This document shows positions 28,138-40,096 of a DNA stretch of 64,000 nucleotides, piece after piece. The notes under the pieces are model-generated. The model had not been told where the DNA came from. It saw only the letters and a list, made by a program, of their open reading frames with translations, and did not search any database. Numbering within the stretch: the stretch's first letter is position 1; each line of letters starts with the position of its first letter. The position numbers were made by a program, and so were the translations under genes. The stretch lies in the NCBI GenBank assembly GCA_963738405.1, contig CAVTWJ010000009.1:256001-320000 (forward strand). Direction: 5' to 3'. The stretch is from a candidate division FCPU426 bacterium. Its GTDB lineage: Bacteria > Oederibacteriota > Muellerivitia > Muellerivitales > Muellerivitaceae.

Positions 28138-29244
28138 TTGAACGCTTATCTGCATATTCCCTTTTGTGTCTCCATCTGCAGTTATTGCGATTTCACATCG
28201 CTTGCGGGGCAGGAATCTCGAATCGGATCTTATGTTTCCGCCTTGGTTCGGGAAATCGCCTCGTCGGATCTGAAGGGTCCTTTAAGCACGGTCTATTTCG
28301 GGGGGGGAACCCCCTCCACCCTTCCAGCGCCTGAACTGGAAAGAATCCTGAAGGCCCTTAAGAATAAGGCCGGGTTCTCGCCGGATGCCGAAATTTCCCT
28401 GGAAGCCAATCCTGAAACGGTGGATCTCTCAAAGCTTTCCGGGTATCGGACGGCGGGGGTGAACCGGATTTCTTACGGGGCCCAAGCCGCGCAAAAAGAC
28501 ATCCTTAAAAAACTAGGCCGGGGTCATGAGTGGCCGAGGGTGGAACAGGCAGTAGCAGAGGCCCGACAAGCGGGTTTTAGTAATCTCAATCTTGATCTCA
28601 TGTTCGGCCTGCCGGACCAAGATTTACCGATGTTCCGGGAATCCCTGGAAAAGGCGTTGGAACTTTCTCCCGAACACCTATCCCTATATTCTCTTCAAGT
28701 TGAAGAGGGAACGCCCCTCTCCCGTTGGGTGAAGGAAGGTATGGCTCTTCCCCAAGAGGGACTGGTGGCGGATCAATACGAGACAGCCCAATGGATGCTA
28801 GGCGTTTCGGGCTATGAGCAATATGAGGTTTCCAATTTCGCCAAGCCGGGTTTTGCCTGCCGCCACAACTGGAACATCTGGCGGGGGGAGGATTACTGGG
28901 GATTCGGGATATCCGCAGTGGGAACGGCCCAAGGCGTCCGGTGGACCCACCGGGAGGACCTTTTGGAATATATTCAAAAAGCCGGCGGGGATTTGCCGGT
29001 TGAAAAGGAAGACTTGGGAGCGGAAACGCTCCTTTTTGAGCGAATTATGCTGGGCCTTCGCACGAAGGAGGGAATCACCGAATCCCAAATCGGTGATTTT
29101 GAGAGATTGAATCAAAAGAAGGTTTTAAACCATTGGGATGAAATGGTGTCGGGCGGCTTGTTGTCCCATTCCCAAGGCCGCTACCAGGCGACTTCCAAGG
29201 GTTTTTTCGTTTTAAATGGAATGCTGGAAAAGCTGGTGTTTTAA
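28138..29244 (+). CDS. hemW: Radical SAM heme chaperone HemW
   Basis: YLHIPFCVSICSYCDF, FGGGTPS, YEVSNFA, HNWNIW; canonical position before hrcA. Confidence 0.9.
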   Translation: MNAYLHIPFCVSICSYCDFTSLAGQESRIGSYVSALVREIASSDLKGPLSTVYFGGGTPSTLPAPELERILKALKNKAGFSPDAEISLEANPETVDLSKLSGYRTAGVNRISYGAQAAQKDILKKLGRGHEWPRVEQAVAEARQAGFSNLNLDLMFGLPDQDLPMFRESLEKALELSPEHLSLYSLQVEEGTPLSRWVKEGMALPQEGLVADQYETAQWMLGVSGYEQYEVSNFAKPGFACRHNWNIWRGEDYWGFGISAVGTAQGVRWTHREDLLEYIQKAGGDLPVEKEDLGAETLLFERIMLGLRTKEGITESQIGDFERLNQKKVLNHWDEMVSGGLLSHSQGRYQATSKGFFVLNGMLEKLVF

Positions 29245-29265
29245 CCCTTCGGAACGCGCGAAAAG

Positions 29266-29323
29266 TTGACTTTCAAAGTCCCCTCCCTATTATTATCTAG
29301 CCCTCAACCAGACTGATTGGAGA
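29266..29323 (+). promoter_or_regulatory. Sigma70-type promoter and degenerate CIRCE before hrcA
   Basis: TTGACT (29266)...TATTAT (29288); CTAGCCCTC-N9-GATTGGAGA (29297-29323) versus consensus TTAGCACTC-N9-GAGTGCTAA. Confidence 0.5.
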
Positions 29324-29330
29324 GTACCCC

Positions 29331-30365
29331 TTGACGACGCCAGGCCTTGAAGACCGGGAAGAAAGCGTTCTGACCTCGGTCATTCATTATTACGTGAACA
29401 CCGCTAAACCGGTCTCGTCCCAGGCCATTGCCGGTCAAATGGGGCTTTCCCCCGCCACCGTGCGCAATGTTCTGATGGATCTGGAAAAAAAAGGCTTCCT
29501 GACCCACCCACATACCTCCGCGGGCCGGGTTCCCTTGAACCCCGCCTACCGGCTTTACGTGGACAAGCTCATGCAGGCCAAGCGGTTGAACCTGGAGGAA
29601 AAGCGCCAGATCGAGCGGCAATACCAGGTGACCCGCACCGAAGTGGAAGCCGTCATCCGCCACACCGCCAAGATTCTCTCGGCCATGACCAACTTGGGGG
29701 GCCTAGCGGCTTTCCATGTGCCGGAAGAAATTTCCCTCGACCACTTCAAGCTGGTGCCAATTGACGCCAAGAAGCTGATGGTCATCCTGGTTTTGGACCA
29801 TGGGCTGGTGAAGGAAGAGCTGGTGCGCCTAGACGCCGCCGTGAGTTTCAAGGAAATATCCCAAATCACCCAGCTTTTGAACTCCCGCTTTGGGGGAAAG
29901 AGCCTGGCGGACCTACGGGCCATGCTGCTCAAGGAAGCCGAGACAGTGAAAAAAACGCGTCTTTCCATCGTTGAATCCACCCTGCGGTTGATTGAAGAGG
30001 CCATGGATTTCGGGAGCAGCCAAGTCCAGCTGGAGGGAGCTTCCCACCTGGGGGAACAGCCCGAATTCAAGGACGCCGAGAAGATGGAACGCCTCTTAAA
30101 GATTGTGGAGCAAAAATCCCTTTTGGCCCGCGTCATGAACCGGTTTCCCGAACCCGGCGGATTGGCCGTCCAAATCGGGTCCGAAATTCCCGAAATTACA
30201 TTGAAGGATTTTTCTCTGGTCCGCATTCCCTTTGCCTGGGAAGGCCGGGTCGTCGGGTCCCTGGGGGTCTTGGGCCCAACAAGGATGGATTACGAGCGGA
30301 TCTTTTCACTCGTCAGCCACTTGGCCCTCACGCTTAAAGAAAATCTCGGACGATTGGAGCCTTAA
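29331..30365 (+). CDS. hrcA: Heat-inducible transcription repressor
   Basis: PVSS, SPATVRN, HPHTSAGRVP...YRLYVD, LGVLGPTRMDY. Confidence 0.95.
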   Translation: MTTPGLEDREESVLTSVIHYYVNTAKPVSSQAIAGQMGLSPATVRNVLMDLEKKGFLTHPHTSAGRVPLNPAYRLYVDKLMQAKRLNLEEKRQIERQYQVTRTEVEAVIRHTAKILSAMTNLGGLAAFHVPEEISLDHFKLVPIDAKKLMVILVLDHGLVKEELVRLDAAVSFKEISQITQLLNSRFGGKSLADLRAMLLKEAETVKKTRLSIVESTLRLIEEAMDFGSSQVQLEGASHLGEQPEFKDAEKMERLLKIVEQKSLLARVMNRFPEPGGLAVQIGSEIPEITLKDFSLVRIPFAWEGRVVGSLGVLGPTRMDYERIFSLVSHLALTLKENLGRLEP

Positions 30366-30368
30366 ACC

Positions 30369-30965
30369 ATGATTCCCCTGAACGCTGACGCGAATGACCC
30401 CGAAGTTGAAATCCTTTCCAGTTCCCCGGAAACCGAGGACGGTGTCGAAAACCCCAAGCCCAAACCCTCTTCCCGTTTGGCGGGGGACATTACGAATAAC
30501 CCCCAGGCGGAAGAATGGAAAAACAAGCACGACGAGGTAAAGGAAAGCTATCTCTGGCTGGCGGCGGACTTTGATAATTACAAAAAGCGCACCTTGAAGG
30601 AACAGGAAGAGAGCCGTAAATTTATCGCAGCCGACGTAATCAAGGAATTCCTGGTGGTGGGGGACAACCTGGAAAGGGCCCTATCCGCCCTTCCCGCTGA
30701 CGACCAGGACAAGGGGCTTTTGAGCCTGAAGCAGGGCGTGGAGCTGACCCTCAAGCAGTTTTTTAGCATGCTGGAGAAATACGGGGTCAAGAAGATGAAA
30801 ACCGTGGGCGAAAAGTTCGACCCCCGGTACCATCAGGTGCTTTTCCAAGAGGTGACGGATAAGGCGCCCGACGAAACAGTTTTGGAAGAACTGCAAAGCG
30901 GTTACCTGGTCCACGAGAGGGTGATCCGGGCGGCCCTGGTGAAGATCGCCAAGAACGTCGGTTGA
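30369..30965 (+). CDS. grpE: Nucleotide exchange factor GrpE
   Basis: ADFDNYKKR, DNLERAL, FDPRYH, GY...RVIRAALV. Confidence 0.95.
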   Translation: MIPLNADANDPEVEILSSSPETEDGVENPKPKPSSRLAGDITNNPQAEEWKNKHDEVKESYLWLAADFDNYKKRTLKEQEESRKFIAADVIKEFLVVGDNLERALSALPADDQDKGLLSLKQGVELTLKQFFSMLEKYGVKKMKTVGEKFDPRYHQVLFQEVTDKAPDETVLEELQSGYLVHERVIRAALVKIAKNVG

Positions 30966-31056
30966 AAGCTGAAAGAAGAAAGGCTGTTGAATTTAAGAAG
31001 AAACCCTAAAAGCCCCAAGGCGGGCGAAAAGGTTTGAATGAAAGAGGAGTAACCAC

Positions 31057-33000
31057 ATGGCAACGAACAAAGTTTTAGGAATCGACTTAGGAACCACCAA
31101 TTCCTGCATGGCGATCATGGAAGGCGGAGAGCCCAAGGTCATCGCCAACGCGGAAGGGGCCCGCACGACCCCCTCGGTGGTGGGCTTTGCCAAATCCGGC
31201 GAGCGTCTGGTGGGCCGGGTGGCCAAGAACCAGGCTATCACCAACCCCACCAACACGGTGTTTTCCATCAAGCGTTTCATGGGCCGCAAACTGCATGACC
31301 CGGAAGTGGAAATGGACCGCAAGCTGGTCCCCTACACGATGAAAGAATCCTCCAACGGCGACGTGAGGGTGAAGATCGACGACAAGGAATTCTCGCCTCC
31401 CGAAATCTCCGCCATGATTTTGCAGAAGCTCAAGGCGGACGCCGAGGCTTACCTGGGCACCGAAATCACGGAGGCGGTCATCACCGTTCCGGCTTATTTC
31501 AACGACGCCCAGCGCCAGGCCACCAAGGATGCGGGCAAGATCGCGGGTCTTGAGGTGCTTCGCATCATCAACGAACCCACGGCCGCGGCTTTGGCCTACG
31601 GCTTGGATAAGGACAAGAAGAACGAAAAGATAGCTGTCTATGACCTGGGCGGGGGAACCTTCGACATCTCCATCCTCGAACTGGGCGACGGGGTTTTCGA
31701 GGTGAAATCCACCAACGGGGACACCCATTTGGGCGGGGACGACTTCGACCAGCGCATCATCCAATGGCTGATCGACGAGTTTAAAAAAGAAACGGGCGTT
31801 GATTTGAAAAACGACCGCATGGCCCTCCAGCGCTTGAAGGAAGCCGCCGAAAAGGCCAAGATCGACTTGTCCACGACGCAAGAAACGGACCTCAACCTGC
31901 CCTTTATCACGGCGGACGCCTCGGGCCCCAAGCACATGAACATAAAGCTGTCGCGTTCCAAGCTGGAACAATTGGTGGGGGATATGGTTGATAAGACCCT
32001 GGAGCCTTGCCGCAAGGCCCTGAAAGACGCCGGGTTGACGGTGGAAGAAATTCACGAGGTGGTGCTGGTGGGCGGCATGACCCGCATGCCCCTGGTCGTC
32101 AAGGTCGTGAAGGACTTCTTCAAAAAGCAGCCCCATAAGGGCGTGAACCCGGATGAGGTGGTGGCGGTCGGCGCCGCCATTCAGGGCGGAGTGCTGAAGG
32201 GCGAAGTGAAGGATGTTCTTCTGTTAGACGTGTCGCCCCTTTCACTGGGCGTGGAAACCTTAGGGTCCATCATGACAAAAGTGATCGAGCGCAATACCAC
32301 CATCCCCGCCAAGAAGAGCCAGGTTTTTTCGACCGCCTCCGACAGCCAAAGCACGGTTTCAATCCATGTGCTCCAAGGCGAGCGGGAAATGGCCGGGGAC
32401 AACCGAACCCTGGGCCGATTCGACCTGGTGGGCATTCCGCCCGCGCCGCGCGGCGTTCCCCAGATCGAGGTGACTTTTAACATTGACGCCAACGGCATCC
32501 TGCATGTTGCCGCCAAGGACCTGGGTACGGGTAAGGAACAGTCCATCCGCATCACGCCCTCTTCCGGCTTGTCGGAAGACGAGATCAAGAAGATGCAGAA
32601 GGACGCCGAACTGCACGCCGAGGAAGACAAGAAAAAGAAAGAAAACATTGAAACCAAGAACCACGCTGACACCCTGGCTTATCAGATCGAGAAGGACTTA
32701 AAGGAGCATGGGGATAAGGTGGACGCTTCCATCAAGAAAGACATTGAGGAGAAGCTGGAAGCCCTGAAAAAGGTTCTGCCGGGCGAAGATCAGGAGGCCC
32801 TCAAGAAGGCCTCGGAAGAACTGGCCCAGGCTTCCATGAAGCTCGGCGAGGCCATCTACAAGACCGCGCAGGAAAAGGCGGCGAAGGATGGAGCGGCGGG
32901 TGCGGCAGGTTCCGGTGACGCGCCAAAATCCGAAAGCGAAAAGGCCAACGATGGGGCAGTGGACGCCGAGTACGAACCGGTCGATAAAGACAAAAAATAA
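31057..33000 (+). CDS. dnaK: Chaperone DnaK
   Basis: [34 protein letters not shown]. Confidence 0.99.
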   Translation: MATNKVLGIDLGTTNSCMAIMEGGEPKVIANAEGARTTPSVVGFAKSGERLVGRVAKNQAITNPTNTVFSIKRFMGRKLHDPEVEMDRKLVPYTMKESSNGDVRVKIDDKEFSPPEISAMILQKLKADAEAYLGTEITEAVITVPAYFNDAQRQATKDAGKIAGLEVLRIINEPTAAALAYGLDKDKKNEKIAVYDLGGGTFDISILELGDGVFEVKSTNGDTHLGGDDFDQRIIQWLIDEFKKETGVDLKNDRMALQRLKEAAEKAKIDLSTTQETDLNLPFITADASGPKHMNIKLSRSKLEQLVGDMVDKTLEPCRKALKDAGLTVEEIHEVVLVGGMTRMPLVVKVVKDFFKKQPHKGVNPDEVVAVGAAIQGGVLKGEVKDVLLLDVSPLSLGVETLGSIMTKVIERNTTIPAKKSQVFSTASDSQSTVSIHVLQGEREMAGDNRTLGRFDLVGIPPAPRGVPQIEVTFNIDANGILHVAAKDLGTGKEQSIRITPSSGLSEDEIKKMQKDAELHAEEDKKKKENIETKNHADTLAYQIEKDLKEHGDKVDASIKKDIEEKLEALKKVLPGEDQEALKKASEELAQASMKLGEAIYKTAQEKAAKDGAAGAAGSGDAPKSESEKANDGAVDAEYEPVDKDKK

Positions 33001-33024
33001 GTTAAAAAAAATAAAAAGATCTTT

Positions 33025-33053
33025 AAAAAGGCGGTCGAAAGACCGCCTTTTTT
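33025..33053 (+). terminator. Terminator after dnaK
   Basis: AAAAAGGCGGTC-GAAA-GACCGCCTTTTTT. Confidence 0.9.
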
Positions 33054-33158
33054 GTTGTAACCGCACTTTGAGTGAAGAATGAAATGCGGATTCTACTCGC
33101 CTGCGGGGATGCTATAATCCCGGACGTTTTCCTCTCCTTACAAAAGGAACGAAGCTTC

Positions 33159-34307
<1,149 letters not shown>

Positions 34308-34375
34308 TTTCGTTTCTAGGAATTTCCAACCTGACAGTGTTCGTTTCCACCAACAAGGTTCAATAAGGAGCTTTC

Positions 34376-35734
34376 ATGCCGATTGTGTACTGGATTGAGG
34401 CCATCGTGGCCCTGGGGTTCATGATTTTTATCCATGAAGGGGGCCATTTCCTGGCTTGCCGGTTTTTCAAGGTCGATGTGGACGAGTTCGCATTAGGATT
34501 CGGGCCCGTTCTTCTCAAACACAAATGGGGCAGTACCCTCTATACCCTTCGCGCTATCCCCTTAGGCGGGTTCTGCAAACCCCGGGGCGGGGACTTGAGC
34601 GGGGAAACGGCCGAGAAAATGTACGAAAAAACACCCGAGCCGGGCGAATTTCTCTTCGCTTCCTGGTGGAAAAGGGTGGTGATCTTTCTGGCCGGACCGG
34701 CCATGAATTTCTTTTCCGCTGTGGCTTTCTTGTTCATCTTGCTTTTGATGGGCATCAAGACTCCCGTCGAGGAACCGGTGTTGGGCTTCATCCAACCCAA
34801 TAGCTTGGCCTCTCTTTGTGGCTTTCAGAAGGGCGACCGCCTGATCAAGGCCGACGGTAAGGACGTGAAAAACCTCTATACCGACCTGGATCCTGTTTAC
34901 GAAAAATTCTCGAAAGACCCCAAATCAACAGCCGTCATCACGGTGGAACGAGCGGGCAAGACCCTCGACCTCACCTTGAAAAACGACTCCAAGGAAGCCA
35001 GCCCCGAATTTGGATTTTTCAATTTCAGCCCGGCGGTCATCGGATCCGTGGCCCTCATGACCCCCGCCCGCAAGGCGGGCCTGCAAGCCAATGACACCAT
35101 CTTGAGCGTGAACGGCCAAAAGGTTTCGGAATGGAACGAGCTGGCCTATGCCATCCACACCGCCACAGTTGATCCCATCAAACTTGAAATTCAGCGGGGC
35201 GATAAGACCCTGCAATTTTCCATCGTGCGCATCGACAGCGGGATGAGCAAAAACAAGGCGATCGGCATCTCCCCCCTGGACGCCACCCAATATGATGTTA
35301 AGAAAGTGGGGGTGGTGGAGGCTTTCACCGGGGCCTGGGGAAGGGCCTTCGGCTTTTCGGCGATGTACCTGGACCTGCTGGGCAAAATGGCTACGGGGCA
35401 TATTTCCCTCAAGGACAACATCGGCGGTCCCATCTCGATCATGAGGGTCATGTACCAGAAGGCCTCGGAAGGATGGGACGAATTCATCAGCATGGTGGCC
35501 ACCATTTCCCTGATCCTTTGCCTGATGAACCTGCTTCCTTTTTTGGGCGTGGTGGACGGCGGCCAGGTGGTGCTTTGCCTGCTGGAAGGGCTATTCCGCA
35601 AACCCGTCTCGGTCAAGTTCCAGGACATCTACCAAAAAATCGGGTTCGCGCTGGTCTTTACCCTGATTCTTTTCGCGGTGGGGAACGACATTTGGGGCTG
35701 GATTTTAGAGCGGGTTCACAGCCAGGTCCCCTGA
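34376..35734 (+). CDS. rseP: RIP metalloprotease RseP with two PDZ domains
   Basis: HEGGH (HExxH), AGPAMN, NLLPF..VDGG; follows dxr. Confidence 0.93.
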   Translation: MPIVYWIEAIVALGFMIFIHEGGHFLACRFFKVDVDEFALGFGPVLLKHKWGSTLYTLRAIPLGGFCKPRGGDLSGETAEKMYEKTPEPGEFLFASWWKRVVIFLAGPAMNFFSAVAFLFILLLMGIKTPVEEPVLGFIQPNSLASLCGFQKGDRLIKADGKDVKNLYTDLDPVYEKFSKDPKSTAVITVERAGKTLDLTLKNDSKEASPEFGFFNFSPAVIGSVALMTPARKAGLQANDTILSVNGQKVSEWNELAYAIHTATVDPIKLEIQRGDKTLQFSIVRIDSGMSKNKAIGISPLDATQYDVKKVGVVEAFTGAWGRAFGFSAMYLDLLGKMATGHISLKDNIGGPISIMRVMYQKASEGWDEFISMVATISLILCLMNLLPFLGVVDGGQVVLCLLEGLFRKPVSVKFQDIYQKIGFALVFTLILFAVGNDIWGWILERVHSQVP

Positions 35735-35786
35735 CGGTTGCGGTCTTTTCTTAGCCTTACTTACAGATTAAGCGGGAGGCGCACTC

Positions 35787-36959
35787 TTGAAACTTCATGA
35801 ATACCAGGCGAAGGAACTTTTCGCCCAATACGGGCTGCCGGTGACGCCCGGAATTTTGGTCAAGCATCTTTCTGAGGTTGATGAATTTCTCAAAAAATAT
35901 CCCGAGGGGCCCTGGGTGGTGAAGGCGCAAATCCACGCGGGCGGCCGGGGCAAGGCCGGGGGCGTTAAGCTGGCCAAGATCGAGAGCGAGCTTCACCAAA
36001 AAACCAGCGATATTCTTGGCATGACCCTTATTTCCCCCCAGACAGGTCCACAGGGAAAACTCGTGAAGAAGGTCTTTTTGACTCCTGCTGTCGATTATTT
36101 GAAGGAACTTTATGTCAGCGTGGTGTTGGACCGTTCCACCCGCACTCCCGTACTATTGGCTTCCGCTGAGGGCGGAACCGAAATTGAGGAACTGGCCGCT
36201 ACCAAGCCCGAGGCCATTCAAAAGGTACCTATTGATCCTGTCGAGGGTCTGCACGGCTACCAGGCCCGCGAATTGCATCTTTCTCTGGGGCTTCCGAAAG
36301 ACAAGATTAACCAGGGCGCGGCCCTCTTTATGAAACTTTCCCGCATGTTTTTGGAACTCGACCTTTCCCTCGTCGAGGTGAATCCCCTGGTGGTCTTGAA
36401 GAACGGAGAACTGCATTGCTTGGACGCCAAGGTGTCCTTTGAAGACAACGGCTTGGCGAGGCACAAGGAATACGCTTCCTGGCGCGATCCGGACGAGGAA
36501 GACGCCCGCGAACTGGAAGCGGCAGGGCACGGCCTTTCTTATATCTCCCTCGACGGCAATATCGGCTGTCTGGTGAACGGCGCCGGGTTGGCCATGGCCA
36601 CTGCGGACGCCATCCAGCATTTCGGCGGGTCGCCTGCGAACTTTTTGGATGTGGGCGGGGGAGCCACCGCCAAGGCCGTCACAGCGGCCTTTAAGATCAT
36701 CCTCTCCGACGAGCGGGTCAAAGCTATTCTGGTCAACATCTTCGGGGGCATTATGAAATGCGACGTCATCGCCCAGGGCATCCTGGAAGCCGCTAAGGAA
36801 GTGGGTCTCAAACTACCTCTGGTCATCCGCCTGGAAGGAACCAACGTGGAACTGGGAAAAAAACTATTGGCCCAATCCGATCTGAAGTACAAGTTCGCGT
36901 CCAGCATGGATGAGGCCGCCAAGGCCGTGGTGGAATCCGTGAAGGAGGCCCATGTATGA
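35787..36959 (+). CDS. sucC: Succinyl-CoA ligase beta subunit
   Basis: [46 protein letters not shown]. Confidence 0.97.
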   Translation: MKLHEYQAKELFAQYGLPVTPGILVKHLSEVDEFLKKYPEGPWVVKAQIHAGGRGKAGGVKLAKIESELHQKTSDILGMTLISPQTGPQGKLVKKVFLTPAVDYLKELYVSVVLDRSTRTPVLLASAEGGTEIEELAATKPEAIQKVPIDPVEGLHGYQARELHLSLGLPKDKINQGAALFMKLSRMFLELDLSLVEVNPLVVLKNGELHCLDAKVSFEDNGLARHKEYASWRDPDEEDARELEAAGHGLSYISLDGNIGCLVNGAGLAMATADAIQHFGGSPANFLDVGGGATAKAVTAAFKIILSDERVKAILVNIFGGIMKCDVIAQGILEAAKEVGLKLPLVIRLEGTNVELGKKLLAQSDLKYKFASSMDEAAKAVVESVKEAHV

Positions 36960-37870
36960 GCGTATATCTCGATAAAAAAGCCAAGGTCATCTGCCAGGGC
37001 ATCACGGGTTCGGCGGGGTTGTTTCATTCCAAGGCCTGCCGTGAATACGGCACCAAGATGGTGGGGGGCGTTACCCCAGGCAAGGGCGGAAGCGAAGTCG
37101 AGGGTTTTAAGGTGTTCGATACCGTCAAGGAAGCCGTCTCCAAAACCGGCGCCAACACCACCATGATTTTTGTTCCGGCGCTTCTTGCCGCCGACGCCAT
37201 TTTGGAGGCCGCCGCCGCCGGCATTACCCTCATTGTCTGCATCACCGAGGGCATCCCGGCCAATGACATGTCCAAGGTGAACCGCCTCTTGAAGCAATAT
37301 CCGGATGCGCGACTCATCGGTCCCAACTGCCCGGGCATCATCACGCCCGGCGCGGCTAAGGTGGGCATCATGCCGGGATATATCCACAAGCCGGGCAAAA
37401 TCGGCATCGTTTCCCGCTCCGGAACCTTGACCTACGAAGCCGTTTGGCAGGTGACCTCCCTTAAATTGGGCCAATCCACCTGCATCGGCATCGGCGGCGA
37501 CCCCATCGTGGGCACCACCCACCTGGACGCGTTGGAAGCCTTCAACGCCGATAAGGCCACCCAGGCCGTCATCATGATCGGCGAAATCGGCGGCACGGCC
37601 GAGGAGGAAGCGGCCCTCTATGTGAAGAAGCACATGAAAAAACCCGTGGCCGCCTTTATCGCGGGCACCACCGCCCCCCCGGGCAAGCGCATGGGCCACG
37701 CGGGCGCCATCGTTTCCGGCGGCAAGGGAACGGCCAAGGAAAAAATCGCGGCCCTGGAAGCTGCGGGCATCGTGGTAGCTCCTACCCCTGGCGAAATCGG
37801 TCAAGCTTTGGTCGAAGCGCTCCAGGGAAAAAAGCGAAAAAAGGCCTCTTCCAAGAAACATAGCAAGTAA
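36956..37870 (+). CDS. sucD: Succinyl-CoA ligase alpha subunit
   Basis: [27 protein letters not shown]. Confidence 0.97.
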   Translation: MSVYLDKKAKVICQGITGSAGLFHSKACREYGTKMVGGVTPGKGGSEVEGFKVFDTVKEAVSKTGANTTMIFVPALLAADAILEAAAAGITLIVCITEGIPANDMSKVNRLLKQYPDARLIGPNCPGIITPGAAKVGIMPGYIHKPGKIGIVSRSGTLTYEAVWQVTSLKLGQSTCIGIGGDPIVGTTHLDALEAFNADKATQAVIMIGEIGGTAEEEAALYVKKHMKKPVAAFIAGTTAPPGKRMGHAGAIVSGGKGTAKEKIAALEAAGIVVAPTPGEIGQALVEALQGKKRKKASSKKHSK

Positions 37871-37873
37871 ACC

Positions 37874-40096
37874 ATGCCTTTCAGGCGTTGGTTTGGAGTC
37901 CTTCCATCCGCCTCACGCTTCGGGTTGGAATTACTTTTTGTTTTTCTGCTGGGCGGGACGGGTCAGTTTTTCATGGCCCAAGAGGGCGAGGGGCTTTCCC
38001 TGGCGCTGGGCCTTTGCTTTTACGCCTTAAGTGTTTTCTTTCTTTTTAAAATCTTTCCCATCCCCCAATCAAACCAGTTCCCTCAAGTTGAAACCCTCAG
38101 CCCTCTTCGTGAGGGGCTTTTGTTTTTCCTTGTCTTAGCCTTGGGGATTTTTTTAAGGGCTTCGGGCGCCGGCCAATATCCGGAGGGGGTCTTCGCCGAC
38201 CGGGCCGAGGTGGCCCTGGGGGCCTTGAGGATTCTTCACGACCATTGGCGGCCTTCCGTGGAGGCCCTCAGCCTGCACGTGCCGGAACTTTGTGTTTATT
38301 ACATGGCGGCCGGATGGTTTAAGCTTTTCGGCGAATCGCCGGAACATTTCGCTTATTTTGACGTTTTTCTTTCCACCGCCGGGATCGCCTTAATCTACAT
38401 TGCCTTTCGTCAGTTGACGGGCCCCCTGACAAGCCTGCTGGCCTTTTTTCTTTTGGCGGTGATGCGTTGGAACTTCGCTTTCGCCCACCAAATCTATTTC
38501 CAAACCCAAACGGTCTTCTTCATGTCCCTTACCCTGGCGCCGCTTCTTTACGCATTGCGTAAGCAAAAGCCGGTTTGGGCCGCCCTGGCGGGAATCTTTC
38601 TGGGGGCGGGACTCTATTCCTACCAGGCCTTCAAGGCCGTGCCGTTGCTGATATTGGTCTTGATGCTTTGGGAACTATTTCGGGAAAAGGAAAGGTTTAG
38701 GAAGAACCGGGAGGTGTGGGCGGTTTTATGGGTGGTTTTTCTTTTGGCGGCGGCGCCGCTTTTAAGCTGGGTTTTGCAAAACGGCGAATTGGGCCGGCGG
38801 GAACCGGAAGTCTCTATCCTCGCCAGGATTCATTCTGAAAAGAGTCTCTGGCCTATCGTTGAGAATATTCGTGATATTGCATTGGTATTCAACCACGCGA
38901 TGTTGGATGGGAACAGCCAATCGAATTTCAGGCATCACCGCATCCTGGATGATGTCACCGGTGTGGTTTTCGTTTTTGGATTTTTTTACGCTTTGCGGCG
39001 GATTAAGGAAAAACCTTTTTTTGCCGCTCTCGCGGGCTTAGGGATTATGTGTCTGCCGGGTTTTTTTTCCATTAGCGGTTCCAACCTGGGACGTCTCTTG
39101 GGGGTCACGCCCTTCGTGGCCTATCTTTGCGCCTTGTTCCTGAGCGGCCTGTGGAGGCAGTGGAGAGCCATCCGGCCCTCTTCTTCTTTAAACCGTGCTG
39201 TGGCGGTATTGGGCCTGCTTTTGCTGGCGGCAGCGGGGTATGAAAATTATTGCGAATTTTTTCAGGTCCAGGCTCATCTGCCCGAGTGCATCAATGACTG
39301 TTCCTGGAGCGAATCCCGGGCGGGGCGGTTCATCGCGGGGCTGCCGCCTGGCACCCAAAGTTTTCTTTCCTCCCGTTTTTACGGACATCCTACTGTTCGG
39401 TTTCTGGCCTATCCTAACGAAGAAGGAATGCATCCACTGGATTTGACCCAGCTTCCTCAGCCCGAGGCCTATCCAAAGGGCTCCGCTTTTTGCTTCGTTT
39501 TGGATGAATTCAAACAGGGAACCATTGAATTTTTAACGGCGCTCTACCCTGGAGGAAGCGTTTCGCAGGATCGGGACGCTCTGGGGAATACCCCGCTTTA
39601 TATTTACCAAGTTCCCGCCCAAGCGCTGGCAAAGCTTCCCAAGGGTTTTCCCCGAATGGAGAAGGGACTTTTAGGACTTTACCGGCACGGTCAGGATGAA
39701 AAAGAAATCCCTTTTTTGAAAAGATGGGACCCGATCCTTGATTTTGGCTACAGGGATATACCCATGACGGGCACCCCCCTCTTTATCCATTGGACCGGAA
39801 AATTCAAGGCGAAGGTTGCCGGGCATTACCGCCTTTGGGGGGCTATCTTCGCCGCCACGGACCAGGGGCGGATCGAGGTGGACCAAAAACAAGGCCAAGG
39901 CTTATCGGCCAATCCCTACTGGGAAGGTTACCTGAAACCGGGGTGGCACTTGTTGGATTTTTATTTTCAGGATGGCGGGTCGCCCGTGGCCGCGGCAAGC
40001 CTGCTTTGGGAACCGCCGGGGCGGGGAAAGTTCGACTTTTTGCCCAATGAGGTTTTGGGGCCTATCCCAAGTTCCCCTTCAGCCAGTGCAAAATAA
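37874..40096 (+). CDS. GT-C fold (GT39/ArnT-like) membrane glycosyltransferase with C-terminal PA14 domain
   Basis: More than 10 TM helices, 'FADRAE' loop after early TMs, LYSYQAFK; C-terminal GLLGLY...RWDP.LDF...IHWTG...GWH...LLWEPPG (PA14 pattern). Confidence 0.7.
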   Translation: MPFRRWFGVLPSASRFGLELLFVFLLGGTGQFFMAQEGEGLSLALGLCFYALSVFFLFKIFPIPQSNQFPQVETLSPLREGLLFFLVLALGIFLRASGAGQYPEGVFADRAEVALGALRILHDHWRPSVEALSLHVPELCVYYMAAGWFKLFGESPEHFAYFDVFLSTAGIALIYIAFRQLTGPLTSLLAFFLLAVMRWNFAFAHQIYFQTQTVFFMSLTLAPLLYALRKQKPVWAALAGIFLGAGLYSYQAFKAVPLLILVLMLWELFREKERFRKNREVWAVLWVVFLLAAAPLLSWVLQNGELGRREPEVSILARIHSEKSLWPIVENIRDIALVFNHAMLDGNSQSNFRHHRILDDVTGVVFVFGFFYALRRIKEKPFFAALAGLGIMCLPGFFSISGSNLGRLLGVTPFVAYLCALFLSGLWRQWRAIRPSSSLNRAVAVLGLLLLAAAGYENYCEFFQVQAHLPECINDCSWSESRAGRFIAGLPPGTQSFLSSRFYGHPTVRFLAYPNEEGMHPLDLTQLPQPEAYPKGSAFCFVLDEFKQGTIEFLTALYPGGSVSQDRDALGNTPLYIYQVPAQALAKLPKGFPRMEKGLLGLYRHGQDEKEIPFLKRWDPILDFGYRDIPMTGTPLFIHWTGKFKAKVAGHYRLWGAIFAATDQGRIEVDQKQGQGLSANPYWEGYLKPGWHLLDFYFQDGGSPVAAASLLWEPPGRGKFDFLPNEVLGPIPSSPSASAK

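Noticed and set aside
31087..32136. 349-aa ORF antisense to dnaK
   Set aside because: Well-known antisense open-frame artefact of GC-rich dnaK genes.
36539..37861. 440-aa ORF antisense to sucCD
   Set aside because: Shadow ORF over clearly conserved genes.
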